64,000 bases of DNA from positions 48,484,001 through 48,548,000 of the forward strand of contig OX597815.1 in the NCBI GenBank assembly GCA_951406725.2, given 5' to 3'. Every line of letters begins with the position of its first letter. The first letter of the stretch is position 1. Under the pieces are notes generated by a model. The model ran no database searches. It was given only the letters and a program-made list of their open reading frames with translations, and was not told the DNA's origin. Positions 24,550-36,792 of this stretch are shown piece after piece. Source of the stretch: Octopus vulgaris. Taxonomy: Eukaryota. Position numbers and translations under genes: made by a program.

Positions 24550-25082
24550 GAGTGAGAGAGCAGCATGTGCCACATGTGACACTGGGGTAAAATATATGAA
24601 GCACAATATACCCTTCATGACTACCCATCTGATGTATCACATCCATATGTTCGTGACATAGTGATCTTATATCAAGATAAACAGCACATGACCTTGCAGG
24701 TGAGGCTAAGTTAGAATTTTCTTCAGGCTGAGTAGCCTATCCTGCTCAAAAGGTCCCTGAATAAGGGTTGTTTAAGGATGCTGAACGAAATACCCATATT
24801 TCCAGAGGTGAATTATCCAAACCCCAAACAATTCCTTTCAACACATGGCTATGATGCTCCCCCACTACTGCTCGTGATCAGATGCACATATCATCAGCTA
24901 CCAAGGGGCATGCTCAACTGGTTAAGGTCAAACAATGGACAAGCAAATTTGTAGTATTGAGCAGAATATTTGCTGTAGCCCATCTTTTATACCAAGACAA
25001 AAACAATGTACATGATAACGCTTCCAACCAGTTAAGATTAGAAGCCATGAGAGTCATTGCCTGGTACTGCATCAGGGCATTT
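24550..25082. mobile_element. Non-coding ~530-bp insertion bounded by (ATT)n; candidate non-autonomous TAA-targeted element
   Basis: Complex sequence with sharp (ATT)n borders on both sides. No convincing ORF, TIR or pol III boxes. Confidence 0.55.
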
Positions 25083-25098
25083 ATCATTATTATTATTA

Positions 25099-25166
<68 letters not shown>

Positions 25167-25169
<3 letters not shown>

Positions 25170-25670
25170 TAGTTTTATTTTTATAGCGTGCTTTCACTTC
25201 ACTACCGAGCGCAGCTCTATGTGCCTTGGGTATGTGCTGTTTTGTTGTGATGTTCTGATGGTTACTGTATTGAAAGTGTTTTGCGTATGATGTGGGCAGT
25301 GCCCAGTAGTGCAATTTTCTGTACGTTATATGTGTTTGTAAGACCTGGTGTTTTTGTTATGTATTTTCCTGAATAATTTTTTATCATGCCTAATGCACCT
25401 ACTATGATAAGAATTGTTTCTGTTTTTAGATTCCACATTCAAGTTACCTCTATTTCCAGGTCTTTGTATTTTGAAATTTTCCCAATTTCTTTTAGAGACA
25501 CATTGTCATCTGCTGGTATTGATACATCAATTAGAAAGTAGTTTCTTTCTTCATGATTTCTGACAACTATATCTGGTCTGTTGGCCTTAATTTTTCTATC
25601 TGTGTGTATTGGCATATCCCAGAGTATGGTTGCTTTTCTCATTTCCTGTGACCTTTTCTGGGGTCACATA
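25167..25670 (-). mobile_element. Dong/R4-like retrotransposon 3' end (RLE domain) in (TAA)n
   Basis: TILWDMPIHTDRKIKANRPDIVV...LIDVSIPADDNVSLKEIGKISKYKDLEIEV (PD...D..P...K..KY), then LIIVGALGMIKNY. (ATT)n on both sides. Confidence 0.9.
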
Positions 25671-25746
<76 letters not shown>

Positions 25747-25784
25747 TATTTTTATCATTATTATTGTTATCATTTTTTTTTCAC

Positions 25785-26115
25785 TTAACCACATCTCTCA
25801 TCTCATCTTCCTGCAGCCTAGAGATACAACACTTTGCTCAACACACAATCTGTTTCAAATATTACTGTCAACTTAATACTTGGTATTTGCAGCTTTTGAT
25901 GCCAGGATATTGCCCTCTTTGAGATGGTCCCAAGTTCACCAATTACAATAGGTACCATTCTCACTTCTGAGCTTCTGTGGATTCTTTTCATTTCCAATCC
26001 TAGGTTTTGGTACTTCCCAACTTTCTCATTTTTTGTCTTCACAATATTCTGGTCTGCAGGTATTGCTATATTGATGAAGGTCATTTCTTTGAGCTCCTTC
26101 AGTAGGACAATGATA
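25785..26115 (-). mobile_element. Dong/R4-like retrotransposon 3' end, older third family
   Basis: DIIVL...FINIAIPADQNIVKTKNEKVGKYQNLGLEMKRIH...VPIVIGELGTI. Confidence 0.8.
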
Positions 26116-27059
26116 TCACCACCACCCTCAGCTTATTTTGCTGGGTATGATGGAAAGTGTTAGCTGTTCAGAGCCAGCAGATTAAGGTGACATTTGTTTA
26201 CTGATCATGTTTCAAGAACTCTGTAGAGTTCCAGGCAATAATGATTTTTGTAGCTGTTCTACCTTTACAGTCTTTACATTTGCACCAATCTTTCTAAGCC
26301 ATGTTGGTAGTTGAGTGCTGATACTTCCTAGTACACCAATTACTGTTGGTGTCACATCCTCTATCTTTATTGCTCACAGCCTACGTATTTTCCATTTCGA
26401 ATTCCCATAGTTGTTCACTTTTTTCTTCTTCTTTCTTTCTGATCCTGTTGTCACCAGGACATGCTATGTTGATTATCATGCAAGTGTTTCCTATTTTGTT
26501 CACAACAAATGACATCATCGTTGTCATTACCCATAACTTATATCTGAATATTTATAGAAAAACAAATGCACAGAAAGAAAAGGGGGAAGAGTGGTCAATG
26601 TTGTCTTAAATGAAAATAAAAAACAAAAAACGAAAAAAACTAAACAAACTTGTTGGTTATGGCTTTAATGTCATACATCTGTTCAGTCAGGCTTTATCTC
26701 CTATAACCAATTACAAAAATAACAGGAGGCATTGATTTTTAAAAAAAGAAAACAAAACAAAACAAAAACAAAAACAAACTGCTTTTCTCTAGAATCTTTT
26801 TAAATTCACCATTTTCCCACAAAGAACAATATTTGACCTTAGTCACCTTCTGATACAGACCATTTTGTAAACAAAGAAAAACAAAACAAAACCAACAAAC
26901 TATTGTTATTTTCCTTCAAAGACTGGAATTCTATGAATCTATAGAACAGGGTTACATTCTGCCATTGGGTATCAAGTTTTTCTATGATTTTTCTTTCTCC
27001 ATAAATATATGTAATTATCCAAGCTTTGCCAACAAATAAAAAGTGTGTGTGCATGCAGA

Positions 27060-27095
<36 letters not shown>

Positions 27096-27204
27096 TGTGT
27101 GTGTTTGTGTGTATTTGTATGTGTATTCCGTTTAAAGAAAAAACAAGGAATTCTTGCCACATTTTAAGCTACGTATTCAATGCATAAATGCAGAATTGAT
27201 GTAT

Positions 27205-27612
27205 TTATCTTTTATTCTTTATTTGTTTCAACCATTAGACTGTGGCCATGCTGGGACACTGCCTTGAAGAATTGCAGTTGAACTTAGCAACCCTAGTACT
27301 TATTATCTTTTGTAAAGTCTGGTACTTATTCTATCAGTTTCTTTAGCCAAAGCGCTAAGTCACAGGGACATAAACACAGCAACACTGGATGTCAAGCAGT
27401 GGCATTGGAAAAACACATACACAAAGACACACACACACACATCTATATATTCAAAGGCTTCTTTCAGTTTCCATCTACCAAATCCACTCACAAGGTTTTA
27501 GTCTGCCTGAGGCTATAGTAAAAGAGACTTATCCAAGGTGCCACACAGTGGGACTGAATCTGAAACCATGTGGTTAGGAAGCAAGCTCCTTACCACACAA
27601 CTATACCTGTGC
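27205..27612 (-). mobile_element. SINE family A
   Basis: Homologous to the other family A copies. Confidence 0.8.
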
Positions 27613-27937
27613 CCTATTAGTTAAAAAAAAAAAAAAGTAATTTTGTTTGTTTTTAATGGTTGAACTCAAAGTAGATAAAGCTATAAATAATAGCATTGTA
27701 GATACAGGATTAAAAAACCCCTTTCAATAGAAAAAGTCAAAGGCTGCTTATGGGATTCACATCTAGAAGTTTCTAAATTCCCATGACATAGACAACATAC
27801 AATTCACACAGTAAGAACTAAGTTTCTAAAATGGATAGAAAATTTTGAATTACTTTGGTTCAATGGTAGAACGTCTGTCATGTCTACAAGTCCCATGAGC
27901 AGAATTTGATTTCTTCTATGCATAATATTTACATGTG

Positions 27938-28323
27938 GGAGGCACGTGGATTAGTGGTTAGGGTGTCAGCACCATGATTGTAAGATTGTGGTTTCGATTC
28001 CTGGACTGGGTGATATGTTGTGTTCTTGAGCAAAACACTTCATTTCAGCTGGAAAAAATGAGTAACGCTGCAATAGACTGGTGTCCCATCCAGCTGGGGA
28101 ACACATACACCATAGAAACTGGGAAACTGGGCCCATGAGCCTGGCTAGGCTTTGGAGGCGCAATGGCCCAGTGGCTAGGGCAGTGGACTTGCAGTCGGAG
28201 GAGCGTGGTTTCGATTCCCAGTTGTGTGTTTTTATTGAGCGAAAACACCTAGAGCTCCACGAGGCTCTGGCAGGGGGTGGTGGTGACCCCTGTTGTACTC
28301 TTTCGCCCCAACTTTCTCTCACT
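27938..28323 (+). mobile_element. Two tandem CORE-type tRNA SINEs (27938-28152 and 28154-28323)
   Basis: Heads GGAGGCACGTGGATTAGTGG and GGAGGCGCAATGGCCCAGTGG (A-box), both with GGTTTCGATTCC (B-box). Followed by TTGAGC(A/G)AAACAC CORE-like sequence. Confidence 0.8.
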
Positions 28324-28404
28324 CTAGAGATATACAATGGCATCATTCAAAATTTGGAAGCTACAAAATTATACATGCCTAATTCTAAACAATCTGAATA
28401 AATA

Positions 28405-28901
28405 CCATAAATCCTCGAGTATAATCTGCATTTTTTTCCCAAAATTCCTAGTGTGTACTATATACAAGGTTAAAAAAGAAAAATATTTTCTAAGCAATGT
28501 CCAAGTCTCTATTTGCTGTCTGGCAATTTTTATTCAGATGCATTTTGTAATGTTGGGTGCAAAAATACCTTAAGCTAAGCCTGAAAGCAATGAAGTCATA
28601 AAAGAATCATCCATAACTTGCAGTAAGCAGCAGTTATTAGTTATTACTGTTATTTCTTTATTTTCTGCAAACAAAATGCATGAAAAAGCTACACATTTGC
28701 ATTATGTTATATATACAATAATAATAAGGTATGTTACCGTATACAGTTTTACAAATCAAGGACGTTATATAGCCCTCCTTGACTCAAGTTAGAGGAGGGG
28801 TGCGTATTATACACAAGGTTTAAGGTTTTCTGAGGTACAGCCCCCTAAAAATCCCTTGCGTATTATATACTCAAAGGCGGACTATACTCAAGGATTTACG
28901 G
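28405..28901. mobile_element. Tc1/mariner (pogo/Tigger-like) MITE with TA TSD
   Basis: TA|CCATAAATCCTCGAGTATAATCTGC ... GCGGACTATACTCAAGGATTTACGG|TA: 25-bp imperfect TIRs. Confidence 0.85.
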
Positions 28902-29014
28902 TAAGCATAACATTTGAGAAAGTAATCTGAATGCTAAAGTGTTAATTTACTTGAGTTCAATCATTAGAAATTATTTCATGCCACATGAGGTTTCCAAATG
29001 TTTATGCTGTAAAC

Positions 29015-29330
29015 CAGTGATTCTCAATCATTTTTAAAATTGACCATGGGCACCTATAATTACTATTCTGTTATGGTAGAACCCCATAGTCATTCAATAT
29101 TTTAAGACTTGTTTTATAGAAATGTCTTTCAAAATTCCTACTTTGTTCTTCACACATTATGTTGGTTGAACTATGTAAAATGTTAGAGAAAGAAACTAAC
29201 TGTTTTTCTCAATACATACCAGCCCTTAAAATACTATTGTGAATCTTCAATTTACTACTTTGTTGTGTGAACTCCCCAAAATCTTATATGGACTCTCAGG
29301 AGTCATATGAACCCTGGTTGAGAGCCACTG
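29015..29330. mobile_element. hAT (Charlie-like) MITE
   Basis: TIRs CAGTGATTCTCAA / TTGAGAGCCACTG. The 8-bp flanks CTGTAAAC and GGCTAAAC look like a decayed TSD with central TA. Confidence 0.75.
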
Positions 29331-29867
29331 GGCTAAACATGAACTCACACACACATACTTACACACCTATTTATTACAAATAAAGTGATTCAAAATCCCT
29401 TTGGCATAAAACTAGTTTACAACAGAGGTCAGTGGAGATCAGTTGAGCTATTTAACTATTTAACACACATCTTACCTTCCTTTCTCCCCCCTCTCTCTCT
29501 TTCTCTTTTTCTCTATCTTTGCTTTATACCTCCTCAACTCCTACCAGTTTCCCCCCCTCCTCCCAACTTCATTCATTAAACCTCACCAAAAGTGTCTCAC
29601 TGTTTACTCCCCTGGTTCAAGAATTCCCGGCTAACTTGGCTTACTTTCTTACTGTCCATACTGTCAGTCTTTGGAAGCATCCTGAACTGTTGAACTGGGC
29701 ATGCCCACACAATCGGACAGATTTACACTTATGGTGTGTCATTTAATGACGTTGAATATTCATTTACTTTTCAATAATGACATTTTTTAAAACATCTAAA
29801 ACAATATTTATGTGTGTATATATACATACATATATGTATATATGCATATGTATATATACATACATAT

Positions 29868-30198
29868 AGGTGTAGGAGTGGCCGTATGGTAATTAGCTTG
29901 CTTACCAACCACATGGTTACGGGTTCAGTCCCATTGTGTGGCAACTTGTCTTCTACAATAGCCTCGGGCTGACCAAAGCCTTGTGAGTGGATTTGGTAGA
30001 CAGAAACTGAAAGAAGCCCGTCATATATATATGTATATATATATATACAATAAAATATTAGGGAATAATGTGTTATACTAATTATCTTTTTTTAATAATT
30101 TTGATATATATTTAAAATAATATAAATTAATTAATCTTATGTATTGGCTTAAGTTTTCATTGTATGATTTGCCAAATAGTGGTTTTATCTCTAATTTA

Positions 30199-30241
<43 letters not shown>

Positions 30242-30460
30242 ATGTGTATGTTTGTGTGTCTGTGTTTGTCCCCCCAACATCACTTGACAACTGATGGTGG
30301 TGTGTTTGCGTCCCCGTAACTTAGTGGTTCAGCAAAAGAGACTGACAGAATAAGTACTAGGCTTCCAAATAAAAAATTCCTGGGGTCGATTTGCACAACT
30401 AAAGGTGGTGCTGCAGCATTACCATAGTCAAATGACTGAAACAAGTATAAGATAAAAGAT
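29868..30460 (+). mobile_element. SINE family A with an AT-rich insertion (30047-30203) in its internal (TA)n
   Basis: Head and 3' half both present, separated by (TA)n-insert-(TA)n. Confidence 0.8.
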
Positions 30461-30789
30461 ATATAAACACACTCAGTGCAGAAGCATTGTGTCAGGTGAT
30501 TGTAATAAGAGGCATCTCATTAAATGAATTTTGTTTCACTCAGATTTAATACACCATGTTGTTAGTGACAGTAGGTATATGCCATTGGGTAGGAATCAAT
30601 GCACACAGGAGTTCCTGAGGTAGATCCAGTGACAATTATGTAATTACTGTGGATGATGTCAGGTAGCCATGGGCAGTGTACATGCTTTGTCAGTGTATTA
30701 CTAGGAACATACCCAACACTTAAAAATATATATGTATGTGTGTGTATATATATATGTGTGTGTGTGTATACATATATTATGGCCGTTTG

Positions 30790-31018
30790 CCAACCTTCTC
30801 TGGCCCCTGTGGTGGTGACACGTAAAAAGGAGCCACTACACTCATGGAGTGGTTGGCATTAGGAAGGGCATCCAGCTGTAGAAACACTGCCAGATCAGAC
30901 TGAAGCCTAGCGCAGCGTCCTTGCTTTCCAGACCCCGGTCGAACCATCTAACCCATACTAGCATGGAAAACGGACGTCAAACAATGATGATGAGGATGAT
31001 GATGATGATGATGATGAT
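30790..31018 (+). mobile_element. RTE LINE 3' UTR fragment
   Basis: GGTTGGCATTAGGAAGGGCATCCAGCTGTAGAAAC...GGACGTCAAAC followed by (GAT)n. Confidence 0.8.
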
Positions 31019-32087
31019 ATGTGTGCATGTGTGTGTGTGTGTATCTTTTACCTTCTATCTTTTACATACTGGGGTACCATCTTGGAGAATTTTAGTTGAG
31101 TGAATCAATCCCAGTACTTATTCTTTCTTAAAGCTCGGTAGTTATTCTATTGATCTCTTTTAAAACTGCTAAGTTGCAGGGGCATAAACACACCTGGACT
31201 GGTTGCCAAGTGTTGGTGGGGAACAAACACACACACTCACAACAGGCTTCTCTCAGTTTTCTGCTATGTTTATGATGTGGCTGTGTATTCATTTCAATGT
31301 TTTGATGAGTATTTTTGCGTACATGCCTATTGGCGCATCTGCATGTGTATGATAATGTGCCTCTGTTTAATGCATGTGTGTGTGCAAGAGTCTATGTATT
31401 AAATGTTTCATGTTTATAAGTGAGTATGAATTTCCAAGGGTGCCAGTGTGCCTGCAGGGATATTATCATGTGTACATTTATGTCTGTTGGGATGACAAGG
31501 CAGTAGTCATGTGAATTTATTAAAGAAAAGATTATTTCCATTGTGGATTTTTAAAAATGAAATATATTAGTGGGTGTGGGGGATATTCTGGTTTATTGAA
31601 TTAATGCATATTCATTTGTTTTGGAAAGCCACAAGAGATTTCTGTGTATAGGAGGTCACTCTAACATTATTACTAATTTGGGACGAAATAATCTTTTGAG
31701 AGAAAAGAGAAAATGAAAAGGAAATATATTAATTAGGATTTCATATCACTCCTATGGGATCTTGTTATATGTTTTAAGTACATACCTACACATGGAAGGG
31801 CAAGACATGATTAATTCTGTGGGCTTAATCAATATTTTGGTTTGATGTTTCAGTATTGATAGCTTTTCCATGCTACAAAGGATGCGAAAAGCATTTGATC
31901 GTGTCTAGTTTCAAGCTTTGTTTACGAGTCATCATTTAATGAATGGGTGTATATTGAAAGAAAACAAACAAAAACAAAATATGTGTTGATAGTTTTGTGC
32001 CCAATGTCTTTGTAATGTTCCAAATAAGTAATTATGTTGATAGAGTGTGTCCTTAAATTTGTTAACAATTAATTCTGCTTGAGTTAA

Positions 32088-32484
32088 TCTTAATATATAA
32101 AAGTAAGGTTGTGTGCTGTCTGTCTCCTGCGATTTAGATTCCTAACTACTCCCACATTTTGCGGTGCAGTTTAACCAAAAGCGGGTATCTTATAGTCGTG
32201 ATTTATATCGAGCCCTTCTGGGTATTAGCACACGTCTATGATGAGTCTACGATTTAAAAAAAAATTACCATCAATGTTTCCCAATTTTAATGCATTTTTG
32301 GCATATATAAGGGAAGTAACTCTCTAAAAATTTATTATTAAATCTCAGAACGTAAAAAGCTACAGTAACACCTCCCCTCTTTGTGGTTAGCCATATTGAG
32401 ATGGCTATTATACTTTACATCTCTAAAAATGCTTATATAGTTATTTCCCTTACAAACCCGAGCAATGCCGGGTGATACTGCTAG
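32088..32484 (+). mobile_element. Non-autonomous Helitron, complete ends
   Basis: A|TC 5' end, CCCGAGCAATGCCGGG hairpin ~8 nt before CTAG|T. No TSD; inserted between A and T. Confidence 0.88.
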
Positions 32485-32984
32485 TGTTAGATATGACTGT
32501 GGTTGTATACATGGTTGAGTTTTTTCCAGGCAATTTCCCTTTACATTGCATATATTTTGAGACTGGAGGTTGAATATATGGTTTTATTAGTTGTATTGTG
32601 GTCAGGATTCTTCATTATTTTATTATTATTGAAGGCTAGGTTAAAGTTATTGGTGAAAATTGTTTCTGTTGAGTAGCTCCTCTTCAGCAAGATTGGTGTA
32701 AAGATTTACCTATACTGAAGTGAAAATGAATTTTCACTATTCATGTATTTACGTTTATTGAATATGGTGGATTATACCATATTCTAGTTTTTCCTTCCAC
32801 ATACTATGTTCTTTGTAGTTACCTATCTATGCTGCTAACCTTATTCTGATAGTTGAATTAGTCAAAATATTAGACATTAAATAAATCCATATGTGGAAGC
32901 AAAGACAAGAACCAGGAATCTTTTGTTGGAACAAGATATTTGGAAAATAACGAATCTCTTCCCCACTGCCTTTACTGCTTTTCA

Positions 32985-33760
32985 ACTTAAAATGAACCTG
33001 AAGAAAAACTAAAGTGATGTTTACACATGTTTAAGGAGAGATGTATGTGGAAGTAGATATACTTGCCCAAGGAACCAAGCTTGATGTAGTGGATTCTCTT
33101 GTATATCATGGCAGCTTTGTCTCCAATGACAGACACCTAAATTCTGAAATCAACTCAAGGGTTGAAAATATTTCATTTTGTTTTGGAATACCTAAGAAAC
33201 TGTCCTCCAAGCTTTGCATCTACAATATTTGTGTCACCAAATCCCTACTACATTCATCCAAGAAATGGAGTTTGGTTCAAAAGTGTGTCAGAATTCTTGA
33301 TAAATTTCATCAAAAGTGTCTAGCCATAAATTGAATGTTAGTTATAAATCTTTTACACCTGATATAAAAATATAGAAAATAGTTAACATTTTCAGTATGG
33401 ATGCTTGCCTCATTAGCTTTTTATATAAGAATGTCTGATTCACTATCGATCTTAATGATTTTGAGGCTACTGAAGCAATTTCTTTGTAGAGAATTAGTTC
33501 TTTGCAGGTGTCTTGAGTACAAACAAAATGAGAGATCTCATGACATTGGAAAAAGCAATCTTGTCCTTGGACATTAGCACTTGTTCATTGTGAACATCTT
33601 GCACAGAACAGAAGTAAATGGAGGTCTATAACTAGAGAGAATAACCTGAAACATGAAAACATTTGAATTGTCTATCAAATGGTGAAAGGTATATCCAAAA
33701 AATGCAGGGTATTTTGCATGGTTGAGGGTCTTGAGGTAATCTTGCCTGCACAATAATACT
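32985..33760 (+). mobile_element. Old RTE-like LINE RT C-terminal fragment (heavily decayed)
   Basis: GTKLDVVDSLVYHGSFVS..LNSEINSRVE...KLCIYNICVTKSLLHSSKKW...ILDKFHQKCL resembles the RTE motifs F.YLGS, LLYG.E.W and FH..CLR. Confidence 0.7.
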
Positions 33761-34032
33761 TTCAAAAGGTGGACTTGATATTGATGAAAGGCCTCGTATC
33801 TGGACCCAACATGGAATGCTTATATGCATACAGCCCCAATGGCCTCAGCAGGGAAATGGTGGTCTTGTTGTCCAATGGTGCATTCATCTAGCGCTGGGCT
33901 AAAAATCTACTTTTCAAAAGAGCTGAGTTACTGTTGGTATGAATCCTGACACAATTACACTTTTTACATTTGTCACAAAACATTAGATAAAATCAAGACC
34001 AGATAATCATGTGTCAGCTCATGACAGAATTA

Positions 34033-34600
34033 CTGGGTTGTCCGGAAAGCTTGTGCCAATTTATAGTAGCTTACCTTTTGACTTATTTTAGAACATGATT
34101 GAGTCCACAAAATAGGATTTGACTACACCTCCATTTAGAGCACAGTTTAAGCTATCTTTTCGTGGAAGAACGTTTATGTTCCTATAATCTGTGTTAATTC
34201 TGTAACCCTTTAAAATGGAAGATAAGAAAGTTCATTTTTGGCACTTGATACTTTGGGAACCAGACAAAAATTGCTGCATTTCAGCTGGGATATATTACCC
34301 CCCCCACTTCATATTCACCAGATATTGCTCCTTCGGATTTCCACTTATTCAGGTTTCTGTAGAATAGTCTTACTGGTAAAAATTTCAATTCCTTGGATGA
34401 TATAAAAAGATTCCTTGATGATTTCTTTGCCATGAAACCACCTGATTTCTGGGAAGAGGGTATTTTCAAGTTAAAGGAAAGATGGAAACGCATTGTGCAA
34501 CAAAATGTTTCGTATTTGGTTGATTAAAAATGTAATGGCATGTATCTATTGACCTTTTTCTTTCTTTTAAAAATTGGCACGAACTTTCCGGACAACTCAA
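34033..34600 (+). mobile_element. Internally deleted mariner transposon with TIRs and TA TSD
   Basis: TA|CTGGGTTGTCCGGAAAGCTTGTGCCAATTT ... AAATTGGCACGAACTTTCCGGACAACTCAA|TA. MEDKKVHFWHLILWE is joined to YSPDIAPSDFHLFR...FWEEGIFKLKERW. Confidence 0.92.
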
Positions 34601-34673
34601 TAATATCAAACCTGTTACATACATTTGTTTGTGTTAGGAAAGTGGCTTTCCTTGAAATCAAATTGGAGTCCAC

Positions 34674-34731
<58 letters not shown>

Positions 34732-35274
34732 TGTGTGTGTGTATGTGTGTGTGTGTGTGTCTGTGTGTCTGTGTATGTGCATGCATGCATATGTGCATCT
34801 ATTGTCAGATTGTCAGATTCTGTGATTCTTTTATTCTAATACTATTCTTGAAGACTACAATTGCAGAGGGGGAATGCTAAACACTGATAAGTAAAACTGC
34901 AATGTTGTTATCAGTCCGAATATTCTTGATGCATGTTCGAACTGAGGAACAAGCTACTCACTGCATTTTGTCATGGAGGATATATCTCACTTGTTGTATA
35001 TACACCTAGATCATCTAGCTGCACCGTCAACCTAGACTGTGAGATGTTAGCATTTTGGAGTAGTTATCTCTTCATTGGTCACAGACACTAGGCAGACGAT
35101 GCCAAGAAATGAATTAAGAGATTACCTCTCTTATGCTTTTCCACTCATTATATGATGACAGGCAGCATTATATGGTGGCTTACCATAGATAAATTATGGA
35201 GGAGGTGCGCGAAACAGTGATAAAGTAAAACTGCAATTTTATTATGAGTTCAAATATGTTTGTTGCATATATAT

Positions 35275-35616
35275 CTTAAAAAATATACAATATTGTAAGA
35301 GCTTATTTAGAGTAGTGATAAAACAGAAATTTAGATGTATCATAATTTCCCCATAAGTTCTACAGCTGTTTCAATAATTAAAATATGAACATAATCTTCT
35401 TTACAATTTATAAATATATAAAAATATACAATTCAAATGTGATGGAGAAACCATCTCATCAGGAAATAAAGCTGAAATATGAAATTCAAAACACTTTTGC
35501 TGTTGAATGAAACAGTTCTAGTCCTGTAGAAGCTCCTTCTATAAAATAAATTAATTTACTCTGCCATGTATTGAGTACCTTATTTACTGTGGTTAACCCC
35601 GACTCAACCCGGGACC

Positions 35617-35620
<4 letters not shown>
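35275..35620. mobile_element. Probable back-to-back pair of short PLE 3' ends bounded by (TA)n
   Basis: Minus-strand HHR motif at 35358-35465 and a plus-strand half-HHR (GAAACAG...CTGTA) at 35509-35528. TA runs at both outer ends. Confidence 0.5.
35358..35465 (-). ncRNA. Hammerhead-like motif with ~70-nt expansion after stem II
   Basis: Reverse complement reads TTC-CTGATGA-GATGG(tttct)CCATC-[AT-rich ~70 nt]-GAAAC-AGCT-GT-A-GAA. Confidence 0.55.
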
Positions 35621-35670
<50 letters not shown>

Positions 35671-35987
35671 ATAAGCAAGACAATTTGATGAAAAAATTTA
35701 TCTCACTTGTGACTATTGCATTGTAATAATATACTGGAGTTTAACCATATGTTAATCTTGTCTTAAATTCATCAGACATACTTTTAGTGCTTAAACACTA
35801 AATCAATTTATCAAATTAATAGCTTATTTAAAAATTTTGCCTTGAGCATCTCTGGAAAATTTTCTTGTATCATTTTTCTACTGAACAATATTTTAAACAA
35901 GTAAACATTAGCACAAAACATTCATTTATATTTTGTTTTTGGATTTGGTTTGCAAGATTCTTTATATGAGTTCATGAGTTGAAGCAT

Positions 35988-36167
35988 ATTCTGCTGTGTC
36001 TGGGGAGAGTCATTTTCTTTTGTGAATTACAATGTAACACACTCACCGGTAAAATTTCCACTTATTTTAGGAAAATAAAAATAAGAAATAAGTGGAAATT
36101 TTACCGGTGAGTGTGTTACATTATAATTCACAAAAAGAAAATGACTCTCCCCCCACACAACAGAATT
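35988..36167. repeat. ~80-bp-arm inverted repeat within an insertion flanked by a 12-bp direct repeat
   Basis: Arms 35988-36067 and 36086-36167 are near-perfect reverse complements. ATTCATTTATAT at ~35920 and ~36166. Confidence 0.9.
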
Positions 36168-36332
36168 CATTTATATGTTTATGATGATTATTACACATCT
36201 ATCTACATCTATAATATTAGTGCCTGTATTTGAACTTGCGTGTGTTTGTTACTTATGTGGATTCTGCATTTTACTGTGTTAATGCTTGAATTAGTGTGGG
36301 TTTGCAAGGATGAGTGTGCAGACACATTCATT

Positions 36333-36792
36333 ATCATCGTTTAACGTCTGCTTTCCATGCTAGCATGAGTTGGACGATTTGACTGAGGTCTGGCAAACCA
36401 GATGGCCGCACCAGACTCCAGTCTGATCTGGCAGAGTTTCTACAGCTATATGCCCTTCCTAATGCCAACCACTCCGAGAGTGTAGTGGGTGCTTTTATGT
36501 GCCACCGGCATGAGGGCCAGTCAAGCGGTACTGGCAACGACCATGCTCAAATGGTGCTTTTTATGTACCACCTGCACAGGAGCCAGCCCTGCGGAACTGG
36601 CAACGAACTCGCTCGAATGTTTTTTCACGTGTCACCAGCTAGTAAGGCAACACAGGTAACAATCACGCTCGAATGGTGTTTACAAGGTGCCATCGGCACG
36701 GAGGCCAGCTTGTTACTCTGGCAATGATCTCACTCATATGGCACACTTAGTGCTCCACTAGCACAGATGCCAGTCATCGAATTTGATTTCGA
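36333..36792 (-). mobile_element. RTE LINE 3' UTR fragment with minisatellite
   Basis: ATCATCGTTTAACGTCTGCTTTCCATGCTAGCATG start and about five units. Confidence 0.8.

Noticed and set aside
27938-28010. tRNA gene
   Set aside because: A and B boxes are present, but there is no closed cloverleaf and the sequence continues into a CORE-type SINE body found in several copies.
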